Positions 27,933 through 37,645 of a stretch of DNA of 64,000 bases are shown here, piece by piece (position 1 is the first letter of the stretch; the number at the start of each line of letters is the position of its first letter). The position numbers and the translations under genes were made by a program. Under the pieces are notes generated by a model. That model saw only the letters and a program-made list of their open reading frames with translations, did not search any database and had not been told where the DNA came from. This DNA is from Actinomycetota bacterium (lineage in GTDB: Bacteria > Actinomycetota > UBA4738 > HRBIN12), in assembly GCA_035762085.1 (NCBI GenBank), contig DASTPT010000072.1:3956-67955 (forward strand), given 5' to 3'.

Positions 27933-28688
27933 TCACCGCACGGTCTCGGCCAGGGCGATCGCCTCCCGCAGCGGCAGCGCGGTCTCCATCCGCAGCACGA
28001 GCCGGTCGCCGGCGGCCCAGACCAGCACGTTCCCGGTAACGGAGAAGGTCTGGACCTCGGTCGCTGTCTCGAGCACGAGCTGGTGCGGCTCGCCGAGCCA
28101 GTACCCCCGGCGCCCGGCCACCTCGACGTCGCGAACGGCGCCCTGCCCGGCCACGAGCTTGAAGGCGTATTCCTGGTCCCCGGGGAGCTCGAGGAGGACG
28201 AGCGTCCACGGGACCCCATCGATCGGAGGCAGCGATGGATCGGTCCACGCGAGGAGGACCGATCGGTCCCCGAACGGGGTGGGGAGGGTCCGGACCGTGT
28301 CGGGTTCGGCGGAACCGGCCGGCAACAGGATCCGGAACCCGACGTCCGCCTGCGCCTCCTCGAGCGTCACCGAGTCCCCCACCGCCTCGGGGAGGGGGGT
28401 CACCGTGGGGTTCGGGGGCAGCATCCGGACCGTGCGGATCTCGAGCGCGCCGATCACGACGCGGGTCGCGGCGGCGATCCCCAGGATGGCGAGCACGCCG
28501 ATCGCAACCGCGACGAGGAGCCTTCGACGCGGCCACAGCGCGAGGCCCGGCAGGGGCGGCCGGACGCCGCTCTGCCGGGCGGCCGACAGCCGTGAGACCA
28601 CCGCCGGGGCGATCGCCGGCGTTGGCGGGTACGCCAACCGAGGCGTCAGCCCGGCGAGCGCCCGCTCGAGGTCCGCGGGCTCACGCAT
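27933..28688 (-). CDS. putative anti-sigma factor, single TM, DUF4367-like extracytoplasmic domain
   Basis: Overlaps the upstream ECF sigma gene by 8 nt. Short cytoplasmic N-terminus, one TM (LLVAVAIGVLAILGIAAA), then an extracytoplasmic domain. Confidence 0.6.
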   Translation of the reverse strand: MREPADLERALAGLTPRLAYPPTPAIAPAVVSRLSAARQSGVRPPLPGLALWPRRRLLVAVAIGVLAILGIAAATRVVIGALEIRTVRMLPPNPTVTPLPEAVGDSVTLEEAQADVGFRILLPAGSAEPDTVRTLPTPFGDRSVLLAWTDPSLPPIDGVPWTLVLLELPGDQEYAFKLVAGQGAVRDVEVAGRRGYWLGEPHQLVLETATEVQTFSVTGNVLVWAAGDRLVLRMETALPLREAIALAETVR

Positions 28689-29268
28689 CGGCGGCCTCCC
28701 TCCGGTTCGTGGCCAGCGTCGAGGGCAGGCGCTCGCGCAACCGGCCGAGGGCGCGGGACAGGCGCGACTTCACGGTTCCGGGACGCACGCCGAGGATCTG
28801 GGCCGTCTCGGCCTCCGAGAGCTCCAACAGGTAGCGGTACGCGATCACGAGCCTGTCCTCCTCCCGCAGCGCGCCGAGCGCCGCGAGCAGCGCCTCCTGC
28901 GTCTCGCGCAGGGCGACGGCGGCCTCGGGGGACGGGCCGGCGTCCCCCGGCGGACCGCCCTCGGCCAGGCGGAGGGCCAGGCCCTCGCGCCGCCTGGCCG
29001 ACCGAGCCCGGTTCCTCGCCTCGTTCGAGACGATCCGCAGGAGCCACGGCCGGAACGGCTCGCCCCGGCGGAACCGGTGCAGCGCGTAATACGCCTTCAC
29101 GAACGCGTCCTGCGCGGCGTCCTCGGCGTCGGCGGCGTTGCGCGTGATCAGGTACGCGGTCCGGAAGGCGATCTGCCGGTACCGCTCGACCAGCTCCCCG
29201 TACGCCTGGACGTCGCCATCCTTCGCGAGCTCGATCAGCTCGGGATCCTGCAGTGGCCGGCCCTCCAC
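28681..29268 (-). CDS. ECF (sigma-70 family group 4) sigma factor
   Basis: Region 2 (DAEDAAQDAFVKAY...FRPWLLRIVSNEARN) and region 4 (LSEAETAQILGVRPGTVKSRLSRA). Confidence 0.9.
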   Translation of the reverse strand: MEGRPLQDPELIELAKDGDVQAYGELVERYRQIAFRTAYLITRNAADAEDAAQDAFVKAYYALHRFRRGEPFRPWLLRIVSNEARNRARSARRREGLALRLAEGGPPGDAGPSPEAAVALRETQEALLAALGALREEDRLVIAYRYLLELSEAETAQILGVRPGTVKSRLSRALGRLRERLPSTLATNRREAADA

Positions 29269-29332
29269 CTCGGGTGCCCGACCGTTCTACACCGCCGGGG
29301 ACCGCCGGGTTCCGCGGTCGAGGCTTGGGGGG

Positions 29333-30226
29333 TCAGGCCCGCTCGGCGGGCGCTCCCTTGCCGTCGGAGAACGTGTGCTCGGCGAAGTCGGTGATGCCCG
29401 AGAGCAGGTTCGTGAACTCCATCGGGATCACGAACTTCGTCGACGGGGACGCCCCGATCTGCTTCAGCGCCTCGAGGTACTGCAGGCTCATCGTCTTCGC
29501 GTCGACGTTCTGCGCCGCCTCGAAGATCTTCGTGAGGGCGAGCGCGAAGCCCTCGGCGCGCAGGATCGCCGCCTGACGGTCGCCCTCGGCGTTCAGGATC
29601 GCGGACTGCTTGTTGCCCTCCGCGACGGTGATCGCCGCCTGCTTGCTGCCCTCGGCCTCGGTGACGACGGCGCGGCGGGTGCGCTCGGCTGACATCTGCC
29701 GGGTCATCGCGTCCTGGACCTGCGGCGGCGGCATGATCTCGCGGATCTCGACGTTCGTGACCTTCACGCCCCAGCGCTCGGTGACCTCGTCGAGCTTCAC
29801 GCGCAGCACCTGGTTCATGTGCTCGCGCTTGGCGAGCACCTCGTCGAGCGCCATGTCGCCGACGACCGATCGCAGCGTCGTCGAGGCGATGTTCTGCGCC
29901 GCGCCGGCGAAGTTCGCGACCTCGATGACCGACATCGCGGCGTTCACGACCCGATAGAAGACGATGAAGTCGATCGAGATCGTGGCGTTGTCCTCGGTGA
30001 TCGCCGTCTGGTGCGGGATCTCGAGGTAGAGCTCCCGCAGGTCGACCCACACGACGCGGTCGACGAACGGGATCAGGAGCACGAGTCCCGGCCCCTTCGC
30101 GCCGAGCGCTCGCCCCAGCCGGAAGACCATGACCCGCTGGTACTCGCGGACGATCTTGATCGCCTGCGGGATCAGCAGGATCAGCACGATCAGTACCAGG
30201 GCGATGCCGATGAGGAGCTCGATCAC
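29333..30226 (-). CDS. SPFH/band 7 (stomatin-like) protein
   Basis: N-terminal TM plus PHB domain (IVREYQRVMVFRLGR...LIPFVDRV...DLREL) and a coiled-coil tail. GTGA overlap with nfeD. Confidence 0.92.
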   Translation of the reverse strand: MIELLIGIALVLIVLILLIPQAIKIVREYQRVMVFRLGRALGAKGPGLVLLIPFVDRVVWVDLRELYLEIPHQTAITEDNATISIDFIVFYRVVNAAMSVIEVANFAGAAQNIASTTLRSVVGDMALDEVLAKREHMNQVLRVKLDEVTERWGVKVTNVEIREIMPPPQVQDAMTRQMSAERTRRAVVTEAEGSKQAAITVAEGNKQSAILNAEGDRQAAILRAEGFALALTKIFEAAQNVDAKTMSLQYLEALKQIGASPSTKFVIPMEFTNLLSGITDFAEHTFSDGKGAPAERA

Positions 30227-31557
30227 GCCTGCCTCCCTTCACCGCCGCCGGGGACGGCCGGGGTGGCCGCGCCGACGGGTTCGACCTTCAGCGTGAGACC
30301 CTCGACCTCGACGACCCGGACGCGATCGCCGCGGATCGGCGTCCCGCGGACGGCCTCGGCCGTCCACTCCTCGGACGCGATCTGGATCACGCCCGTCGGC
30401 ACGAGGTCGTACACGACGATCCCCTCCTTGCCCACGAGCGTGTCGTCCCGCATCTCGACGGTGCTGCGGCGCATGCGGATCGCCGCGCGGACGACGATCA
30501 GGAAGAAGGCGGCGGCGCCAGCCGCGACCGGGACGATCAGGAAGGGCGAGACGCGCGCGTAGTCCTCGAACAGGAGCCAGCCGCCCGCGACGAGGCAGAC
30601 GACGCCGGCCACCGCCATCGCGCCCAGCCCCGGATGCTTGAGCTCGAGCACGAAGAACACGACCGATGCCAGCAGGAGCACGACGCCGATCAGCTGCACG
30701 GGCAGCATGCCGAGCGCGGCGATCGAGGCGACGAGCATGAGGCCGCCGATCGTGCCGACCACCCCGCCGGGGACGAACAGCTCGGTGACGAGGAACGCAA
30801 GCCCGAGCCAGAAGAACACGAACGCCAGCTCGGGCGTGAGCAGCGCGTGGAGGAACCGCTGGAACCCGCTCATCTCCTCGACGACGACGGGCGCGCCCGT
30901 CGTCTCGAGCGTCACGGTGCTGCCGTCGGCCAGGGTCACGTCCGTCCCATCCAGCTCGCGCAGGAGCGACGGGACGTCGTTCGCGATCAGGTCGATCACG
31001 TCGAGCTCGAGCGCCTCCTGCGCGGACGCGCTCACCGACTCGCGGACCGCGCGCTCGGCCCAGTCGGCGTTGCGGCCGTGCGCCTCGGCCAGGCTCTGGA
31101 TGTACGCCGCGGCGTCGTTCGTCGCCTTCTCCGAGGCGACGGCGCCGGACAGGCCGACGGGATGGGCCGCGCCGACGTTCGTCCCCGGCGCCATCGCGGC
31201 CACGTGCGCCGACAGGAGGATGAACGTGCCGGCGGACGCGGCCCGCGCGCCGGCGGGTGAGACGAAGGCGATCACGGGGAGCTCGGCGTTCAGCACGGCC
31301 TGCGTGATCTCGCGCATCGACGAGTCCAGGCCGCCGGGCGTGTCGATCGTCAGCAGCGCGGCGGTGGCCCCATCGCTCTCTGCGCGGCCGATCTCGCTCG
31401 TGATGTGGTCCGCGACGAACGGGTCGACGACGCCGTCGAGCGGGATCTGCACGATCGCGCCAGCGCGGGTCTCCTGCGCGACCGCGGGGGCGGCCAGGAA
31501 CGCCGCGATCGACAGCGCGACCGCAGCGAACGGCACCAGCCGCAGGGTGATCCCCAC
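30223..31557 (-). CDS. NfeD family membrane-bound ClpP-class serine protease
   Basis: ClpP-like domain (TIDTPGGLDSSMREI...SAGTFILLSAH), a TM bundle, and a C-terminal NfeD OB domain. GTG 31557 gives a clean signal peptide. The track start is TTG 31581. Confidence 0.88.
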   Translation of the reverse strand: MGITLRLVPFAAVALSIAAFLAAPAVAQETRAGAIVQIPLDGVVDPFVADHITSEIGRAESDGATAALLTIDTPGGLDSSMREITQAVLNAELPVIAFVSPAGARAASAGTFILLSAHVAAMAPGTNVGAAHPVGLSGAVASEKATNDAAAYIQSLAEAHGRNADWAERAVRESVSASAQEALELDVIDLIANDVPSLLRELDGTDVTLADGSTVTLETTGAPVVVEEMSGFQRFLHALLTPELAFVFFWLGLAFLVTELFVPGGVVGTIGGLMLVASIAALGMLPVQLIGVVLLLASVVFFVLELKHPGLGAMAVAGVVCLVAGGWLLFEDYARVSPFLIVPVAAGAAAFFLIVVRAAIRMRRSTVEMRDDTLVGKEGIVVYDLVPTGVIQIASEEWTAEAVRGTPIRGDRVRVVEVEGLTLKVEPVGAATPAVPGGGEGRQA

Positions 31558-31688
31558 GACGTCATCATCGCACCCCCACAACGGTTCTGCGATGGTATGG
31601 CCCGGTCCGCCGCCGCGGTGCGATGATGGGTGCTCGGGGCCGCAAGCTCGCGGACGGACGTCCCGCGTATACCCGGAAGGAGAACCGA

Positions 31689-32264
31689 GTGGCCGGACGA
31701 GGTGACGGCCCGCTCCTCGCTCGCGAGGAGCTGCAACTGGTGGAGGGGCTCCTTGCTGGGAACGAAGACGCGGTGCGGGCGCTCTACGCCCGCTACGCCA
31801 GGCCGATCTTCACGCTCGGCCTTCGGTTGCTCGGCAGCCCCGAGGCCGCGGAGGAGCTCACCCAGGACGTCTTCCTCGCCGCGTGGCGGAAGGCGGCCAC
31901 CTTCGACCCGAGCCGTGGCCGGCTCTCGACGTGGCTCATGACGATCGCGCACAACCTCGCCGTGGATCGGCTGCGCCGCGAGACCGGCGCCACCCGCCCG
32001 CACCTCGTGTTGGTCGACGAGGTGCCCGAGGTCATCGGCGCGGACGAGGACGAGCCGTTCATGGAGCGGGACGAGGCGATCCGCGCGCTGTCCTCGCTCT
32101 CGGACGCCGAGCGCCGGCTGCTCGCGCGTGCCTACTTCGGCGGCCTCACGGCGCGCGAGATCGCGGAGGCCGACGGCATCCCGCTCGGCACGGTGAAGAC
32201 GCGCCTGCGGACGGCCCTGATCAAGGTCCGCAAGGCGAACCAGGACAAGGAGCGCACGCTGTGA
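31689..32264 (+). CDS. ECF sigma factor
   Basis: GGAAGGAG lies 6 nt upstream of GTG 31689. Region 2 (ELTQDVFLAAW...STWLMTIAHNLAVDRLRR) and region 4 (LTAREIAEADGIPLGTVKTRLR). Confidence 0.9.
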   Translation: MAGRGDGPLLAREELQLVEGLLAGNEDAVRALYARYARPIFTLGLRLLGSPEAAEELTQDVFLAAWRKAATFDPSRGRLSTWLMTIAHNLAVDRLRRETGATRPHLVLVDEVPEVIGADEDEPFMERDEAIRALSSLSDAERRLLARAYFGGLTAREIAEADGIPLGTVKTRLRTALIKVRKANQDKERTL

Positions 32265-33037
32265 CCTGCGTCGAGGTCCGCGAGCATCTGCCGGAGTTCG
32301 CCGTCGGCGTGCTGGCCGAGCCCGACCGTACGGCGGTCGAGCGGCACCTGCGCTGGTGCGCCGGCTGCCGGAAGGAGGCCGCCGAGCTCGGCTCGGCCGC
32401 CGCGACCGTCGGCTTCGCCCTGCCGCAGGCGCGCGTCCCGACGGGGCTCGCGGACCGCGTCGTCGGGAGGATCCGGCAGGCAGCTGGCGCCCCGGGCTCG
32501 GCGCGCCGGATGCGGACGGCGGCGTCGGCGGCGGTCGCCGCGCTCGTCGCCGTCAGCGCCCTCGGATGGGGCGCGGTGATGGCCGGTCGCGCGGAGCGCT
32601 TCGCCGACCGCGCGGCCCTGGCCGAGCAGCGTCAGGCCGAGGCCCTCGCCGATTTCCGGGAGGTCGTCCGGCAGCTCGTCCCCGGGCAGGAGATCCCCAC
32701 GCAGGAGACGTTCCTGACGCAGCTGACGCCGAGCCAGGGGGGCAGCGGGGGTGGGTTCGCGCTCGAGCTGGTGTCGGAGACCCGCATCGACTTCGTGATC
32801 GTGACGGTGAACGGGCTGGACCCGCTCGACCCGGGGGCGCTGCCCTACCGGGTCACGCTCGCGAACGCGGCCGGGGACGTCCTTCGCGTGGGCAGGATCG
32901 CCGAACTCGATGACGACGGCGTCGCGGACGTGATCCGCCAGTTCGACGACCGCGACCTCTCGGGGTTCACCGAGGTGCAGGTCACGAACGCTCGTGGCGA
33001 CGTCGTCCTGGCGGGCACGATCGACCAGACGCCCTAA
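32261..33037 (+). CDS. anti-sigma factor with zf-HC2 domain
   Basis: GTGA overlap with the sigma gene. H-x3-C-x2-C motif (HLRWCAGC), one TM, and an extracytoplasmic domain. Confidence 0.8.
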   Translation: MTCVEVREHLPEFAVGVLAEPDRTAVERHLRWCAGCRKEAAELGSAAATVGFALPQARVPTGLADRVVGRIRQAAGAPGSARRMRTAASAAVAALVAVSALGWGAVMAGRAERFADRAALAEQRQAEALADFREVVRQLVPGQEIPTQETFLTQLTPSQGGSGGGFALELVSETRIDFVIVTVNGLDPLDPGALPYRVTLANAAGDVLRVGRIAELDDDGVADVIRQFDDRDLSGFTEVQVTNARGDVVLAGTIDQTP

Positions 33038-33061
33038 TCGCCGGCCGGCTGACGCGGGCCG

Positions 33062-34108
33062 TCACTCCTGGGTCAGGTCCTGCGTGAAGTCCCCGGCGAA
33101 CCCGACCTCCGCCGCGTCCACGGCCGGGACGCCCTCGAACGCCATCGTCATGTCGAAGGACCCGGAGGAGGACATCTTCAGCATCTCCTTGGCCTCGAGG
33201 GCGATCCACGAGGTCATGTCGAACGACCCCTCGCCCCGATAGGAGATCGACGCCCCGGCCATGCCGGTGGCGCCCGCGATGCCCTCGGCGCCGCCCATCG
33301 ACTCGAGGAGCTCCCCGAACTCGATGCGGAAGTCCATCGGCACCGTGTACCGACTGGTGACGACCGCCGCCTCGACGCCGTTCACGTCCTCGTAGCGCTC
33401 CAGCGTGCTCGTCGACGTGTACTCGATCGTGCCCTCGCCGAACGGGATGTCCTGCGTGAACTCCTCGGTCCACGTGTCGCCCGGCGCGACCGGCCCGTCG
33501 GGCAGCAGCGGCGTCAACTGCCCCATGCCGGGGAAGCCGGCACCGCCGGTCTGGTCGAACCCCGCGAACGAGAGCCCGCCCGCGGTGAGGACCTTGCCGT
33601 CCGGCGCGATCTGCATGTCGATCGACGGCATGTCCTTCACGCCGTCGCTCGGCATCTCGATCCCGTTGAGGGACCCCGAGATCTCGTCGATCGTGACGCG
33701 AACCGTCGCGACGCCGTCCGGGTTCACGGACACGACCCTCCACGTCATCGTCTCGGTCATGTCCATCTGGAGCTGCTGGGATCCGCCGAGCGCCTCCCCG
33801 GCCTCCAACCGGCCGTCCAGGGTCATGTGGATCGTGTAGGTGCGGCTCTCGCCCTCGGTGAACACGAGCGAGAGCGGCTGCGCGTTCGCGCTCTCCCCGT
33901 CGCCGCCGAGCGTCGTGAACGCGACGAAGCCCGCGAGGAGCGCGAGGACGACGACGACCGCCCCAGCGATGAGGCCGACCGGACGTCGGCGGGTCTGCGG
34001 CGCCCGCGCGGCCCACGCCTCGGGGGCCGGTGGCGTCTGCTGCGGTGCCGCGGGAGCCGGCGGCGGCGGAAGCGTCGCGGGCTCGTGCGGGGTTCGCTCA
34101 TCGCTCAT
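33062..34108 (-). CDS. membrane-anchored extracytoplasmic protein, unknown function
   Basis: ATG 34108 lies behind AGGAGG. Pro-rich N-terminus, one TM (GLIAGAVVVVLALLAGFVAF), and an Asp/Gly/Met-rich beta-type domain. No family recognised. Confidence 0.6.
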   Translation of the reverse strand: MSDERTPHEPATLPPPPAPAAPQQTPPAPEAWAARAPQTRRRPVGLIAGAVVVVLALLAGFVAFTTLGGDGESANAQPLSLVFTEGESRTYTIHMTLDGRLEAGEALGGSQQLQMDMTETMTWRVVSVNPDGVATVRVTIDEISGSLNGIEMPSDGVKDMPSIDMQIAPDGKVLTAGGLSFAGFDQTGGAGFPGMGQLTPLLPDGPVAPGDTWTEEFTQDIPFGEGTIEYTSTSTLERYEDVNGVEAAVVTSRYTVPMDFRIEFGELLESMGGAEGIAGATGMAGASISYRGEGSFDMTSWIALEAKEMLKMSSSGSFDMTMAFEGVPAVDAAEVGFAGDFTQDLTQE

Positions 34109-34180
34109 CGTCGGTTCCTCCTGCAGGTCGACGGGCCTCACGGGCCTTCCGAAGGAACATCGGCCCACGGCCACCGTACC

Positions 34181-35209
34181 TCAAGCGGGTCGAGACAGGG
34201 CTTCCGCGAGGAAGGCCAGGCTCATCGGGTACCGATAGCCGATCGACATGTGCCCCCCGTCGAAGAGCTCGAGCCGATGATCGACGCCGAGCGCCTCGAG
34301 CTCGCGCGAGACGGCCGTCATGCCGAGGTCCAGGAAGAACTCGTCCCGCCTGCCCGCGTCGAGCCACACCGCGCGCATCGAGCGCCAGGTGTCGGCGTGA
34401 CCCGGGATCATCCGCACGGGGTCCCAGGCCAGCCAGCGGGCCCAGACCTCGTCGATCATGCCGCCGGTCTGCGGGTCGAACGGCAGGCGGACCGTCCCGT
34501 CCGGGTCCGCCGAGTAGCATGCTGCGTACCCCCAGGCCTCGAGCAGCTCCAGGTCCGTGCGCTTCGTCCCGAACGGTCGCGTCCGCACGTCCTGCCAGAA
34601 CCGGTCGTAGGAGCCGTGGTACTCGTCGCGGAGCGCTCGCACGACCTTCGCGAAGTCGGACGGGTAGCACACCTCGAACAGCGAGTCGCCGCAGTGGCAC
34701 GCGACGCCGGCGAACAGGTCCGGCCGGAGCATCGGCGTCACGAGAGCGCCGTAGCCGCCGCTCGACTTGCCCTGGATGCCCCGATGCTCCCGGCTCGAGA
34801 GCGTGCGGTAGCGTGCGTCGACGAAGGGAACGGCCTCCCCGCACAGGTACGTGTGGTAGTTGCCGGTCCCGGGCGAGTCCAGGAACTGGCTCCCGCCGAC
34901 CGAGGTCCAGCAATCGACGAACGCGACGATGCAGGACGGGGCCTCGCCCGCGGCGAACATCGCGTCCAGCGCCTCGACGTACGTGGGCCGCAGGACCTCA
35001 CGGTTCCGCCACATGTCGATCTGGCCGGTGTACCCCTGGATGACGAAGACGGCGGGATACCGGCGCTCGGGCTCGTCCTCGTAGCCCGGGGGGACGTAGA
35101 CCCACAGCGGCCGGACGGCGGGGTCCCCGAGGGGGTTGCCCCGTAGCGCCTCGCTCTCGATCTCGAGCTCGTCCAGCCGTCCGCTCAGGTCTCGGCTCCA
35201 TGGGTCCAT
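34181..35209 (-). CDS. esterase family alpha/beta hydrolase (enterochelin esterase-like)
   Basis: Nucleophile elbow GKSSGGYGAL. GGAAGGAG upstream of ATG 35209. Confidence 0.8.
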   Translation of the reverse strand: MDPWSRDLSGRLDELEIESEALRGNPLGDPAVRPLWVYVPPGYEDEPERRYPAVFVIQGYTGQIDMWRNREVLRPTYVEALDAMFAAGEAPSCIVAFVDCWTSVGGSQFLDSPGTGNYHTYLCGEAVPFVDARYRTLSSREHRGIQGKSSGGYGALVTPMLRPDLFAGVACHCGDSLFEVCYPSDFAKVVRALRDEYHGSYDRFWQDVRTRPFGTKRTDLELLEAWGYAACYSADPDGTVRLPFDPQTGGMIDEVWARWLAWDPVRMIPGHADTWRSMRAVWLDAGRRDEFFLDLGMTAVSRELEALGVDHRLELFDGGHMSIGYRYPMSLAFLAEALSRPA

Positions 35210-35276
35210 CGGCTCGACTCCTTCCGTCCGTCCGCTGGCGGATCGCTTCGGCGCAACGCCGATATCATGCAGCCAC

Positions 35277-36626
35277 ATGCCGGGCGTAGCCGACATCGTG
35301 GGGATCGGCCTGGCGGGCGGTCAGGGTGTCCGCGCCCGCCCCCTCACGCTGAAGGCCCCGGGGTACCTGCGCTCGAAGGCCGCGATGTCGTTCCTCGGGC
35401 GCCGGCTGATCCGTTGGGTGATCCAGATCCTGTCGAGCGAGGGCATCGAGCGCTACTACGTCATCGCGCACGGCAAGGAGAACCGGTACCAGATCAAGGT
35501 CATGATCGGGTACGGCGAGAGCTTCGGGATCGACGTGCAGTACTCGCCGGTGAAGTACGACTCCCTCTCGACGGGCAGCGCGGACTCGGCGCTGCGGATG
35601 CTCGAGTACTGGGACATCACCGAGCACGCCCTCGTCTTCCCGACCGACTCGATGATCGACTTCGACCTCGCGCCGATGCTCGAGGCGCACCTGCGGAGCG
35701 GAGCCGTCGCCACGATCGCCGCGATGATGCGCGAGCCGGACGAGGTCGCCGAGAAGTACGGCGTCATGCTCGTGTCCGACGAGGGTCGCATCACCGAGTT
35801 CGTCGAGAAGCCCACGCTCGCCGAGCTCCGGCAGCACTTCCGCGCCGAGACCGACGAGGACTTCCGCCGGCTGCCGCTCATGACCAACGCGGGGTTCTAC
35901 CTGATCGACACGGCCCGGGTCCGCGAGCTGGCCTCGCACCCGGAGATCGACGAGCTCCGCAAGACGCGGCTGGATTTCGGCAAGGACCTGCTGCCGTGGC
36001 TGGTCGGGAACGGGCACCAGGTGATGGTGCACCCGGTTCGGCGGATCGGGGACCTCGGGAACCTGCGCGACTTCATCGACACGATGGTCGACGCGCTCAA
36101 CGGGGACTTCGAGGCGGTCGACCGTCTCCTGGGGCCGCCGTTCGACCCCGACCAGCACGTGTGGATCGCGCCCGAGTCGCTCGCGATGCGCGACTCGACG
36201 AGCGGGCTCACGTTGGCGGAGAAGATCGCCGAGGGCCAGGTGAAGATCGGGCCGGCCGTGCGGATCGGGCGCTTCTGCGAGATCCACCCCGGCGTCCAGA
36301 TCCGTGAGTCGAACCTGGACGACGACATCGAGATCTACCGCGACGCGATCATCGAGCGCTCGCAGATCCGGGACGGCGCGATCGTCGGGGCCGCCGCTCG
36401 GTTGTCCGAGGTCTTCGTCGGCTCGATGACCGAGATCCGCTCCGAGCCCTACAACCAGACGACGATCGAGGGCTGCGTCGCGCTCGGCGACGAGGTGACG
36501 GTCTATCCCGGCGTGTTCCTGTCCGACGAGATCTCGGTCTACCCGCGGCTGAAGCTCCCCGGCGGGATCCAGATCCCGCCGGGCGTCGACCTCACCGGTC
36601 CGGCCGACGTCCTGCGCTACCTGTAA
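35277..36626 (+). CDS. sugar-phosphate nucleotidyltransferase with C-terminal left-handed beta-helix
   Basis: LAGGQGVRARPLT signature (G-x-G-x-R-x-x-P-L-T type) and hexapeptide-like repeats at the C-terminus. Confidence 0.8.
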   Translation: MPGVADIVGIGLAGGQGVRARPLTLKAPGYLRSKAAMSFLGRRLIRWVIQILSSEGIERYYVIAHGKENRYQIKVMIGYGESFGIDVQYSPVKYDSLSTGSADSALRMLEYWDITEHALVFPTDSMIDFDLAPMLEAHLRSGAVATIAAMMREPDEVAEKYGVMLVSDEGRITEFVEKPTLAELRQHFRAETDEDFRRLPLMTNAGFYLIDTARVRELASHPEIDELRKTRLDFGKDLLPWLVGNGHQVMVHPVRRIGDLGNLRDFIDTMVDALNGDFEAVDRLLGPPFDPDQHVWIAPESLAMRDSTSGLTLAEKIAEGQVKIGPAVRIGRFCEIHPGVQIRESNLDDDIEIYRDAIIERSQIRDGAIVGAAARLSEVFVGSMTEIRSEPYNQTTIEGCVALGDEVTVYPGVFLSDEISVYPRLKLPGGIQIPPGVDLTGPADVLRYL

Positions 36627-36637
36627 GGTCCCGGGCG

Positions 36638-37645
36638 ATGCGCGTCGGCCTGGCCCTGCCCCACTACGACTTCTCGCTCCCCGGCGCCGACCCCGTGTCG
36701 TTCGCGCGGGTCGCCGAGGTCGCCACGACGGCGGAGCGCCTCGGGTTCGACTCGGTCTGGATGAGCGACCACTTCTTCACCTCCCTCGAGCGCTACGGGG
36801 GCGACGAGCGCCGCCAGGGCTCGCTCGAGCCCCTCACGACGCTCGCCGCGCTCGCGCCGCTCACCGAGCGGGTCCGGCTCGGGACGCTGGTGCTCTCCGC
36901 CGGGTTCCGGCACCCGGCCGTCGTCGCCAAGTCGGCGGCGGCGATCGACCTGCTCTCGGGCGGGCGGCTCGACCTGGGGATGGGCGCCGGATGGTACGCA
37001 CCCGAGTTCGAGGCCTTCGGTTACCCGTTCGGCTCGACGGGGGAACGGTTCCGCGCGCTCGAGGAGACGTTGGAGGTCCTCGTGCGCTTGCTCGGCGAGG
37101 GACCGGCGTCGTTCGAGGGGGAGCGCTTCCGGCTCCACGACGCCTACAACCACCCCCGCCCGGCGCAGTCGCCGCGCCCCCCGATCTGGCTGGGCGGCAA
37201 GGGCGGGCCGCGGCTCCTCGGGCTGGTCGCGCGTCTGGCCGATGGCTGGAACACGGCGTGGCGCTGGACGCCGGAGGCCTACGCCGAGCGTGTCGCGGCC
37301 GCTCGCCGGGCCTGCGAGCGAGCGGGCAGGGATCCCGCGACGCTGCGGCTGTCGCTGGGGCTGTTCACCGTGCTCGGAGCCGACGACGCCGACCTCGATC
37401 GGCGGTACGCGCTCATGGCCGAGCGGCTGCCGGCCGGCGTCGCCGCGGCGATGCCCCTCGAGACGCTCCGGCGCGAGTGCCTGGCGGGCACGCCCGAGCA
37501 GGCCGTCGAGCGCCTGGGCCGGTTCGCCGAGCTCGGCGTCGAGGAGCTGATCGTGTCCCCGGCGCCGATCTGGTTCGCCCTGCCCGATCCCTCGATGCTC
37601 GACCTGCTGGCCGAGGCGTTCCTGCCCGGGGCTCACGCGCTCTGA
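36638..37645 (+). CDS. luciferase-like monooxygenase family oxidoreductase (probably F420-dependent)
   Basis: FDSVWMSDHF, GRLDLGMGAGW and the length are typical of LLM-class enzymes. Confidence 0.88.
   Translation: MRVGLALPHYDFSLPGADPVSFARVAEVATTAERLGFDSVWMSDHFFTSLERYGGDERRQGSLEPLTTLAALAPLTERVRLGTLVLSAGFRHPAVVAKSAAAIDLLSGGRLDLGMGAGWYAPEFEAFGYPFGSTGERFRALEETLEVLVRLLGEGPASFEGERFRLHDAYNHPRPAQSPRPPIWLGGKGGPRLLGLVARLADGWNTAWRWTPEAYAERVAAARRACERAGRDPATLRLSLGLFTVLGADDADLDRRYALMAERLPAGVAAAMPLETLRRECLAGTPEQAVERLGRFAELGVEELIVSPAPIWFALPDPSMLDLLAEAFLPGAHAL

Noticed and set aside
29284-29313. GGAAC word upstream of the first ECF sigma gene as an autoregulated ECF promoter -35
   Set aside because: On the minus strand GGAACC is followed after about 18 nt by GTAGAAC. 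This does not convincingly fit the usual GGAAC-n16/17-CGT/GTT pattern. It would also leave almost no leader before GTG 29268. The evidence is too weak to call.
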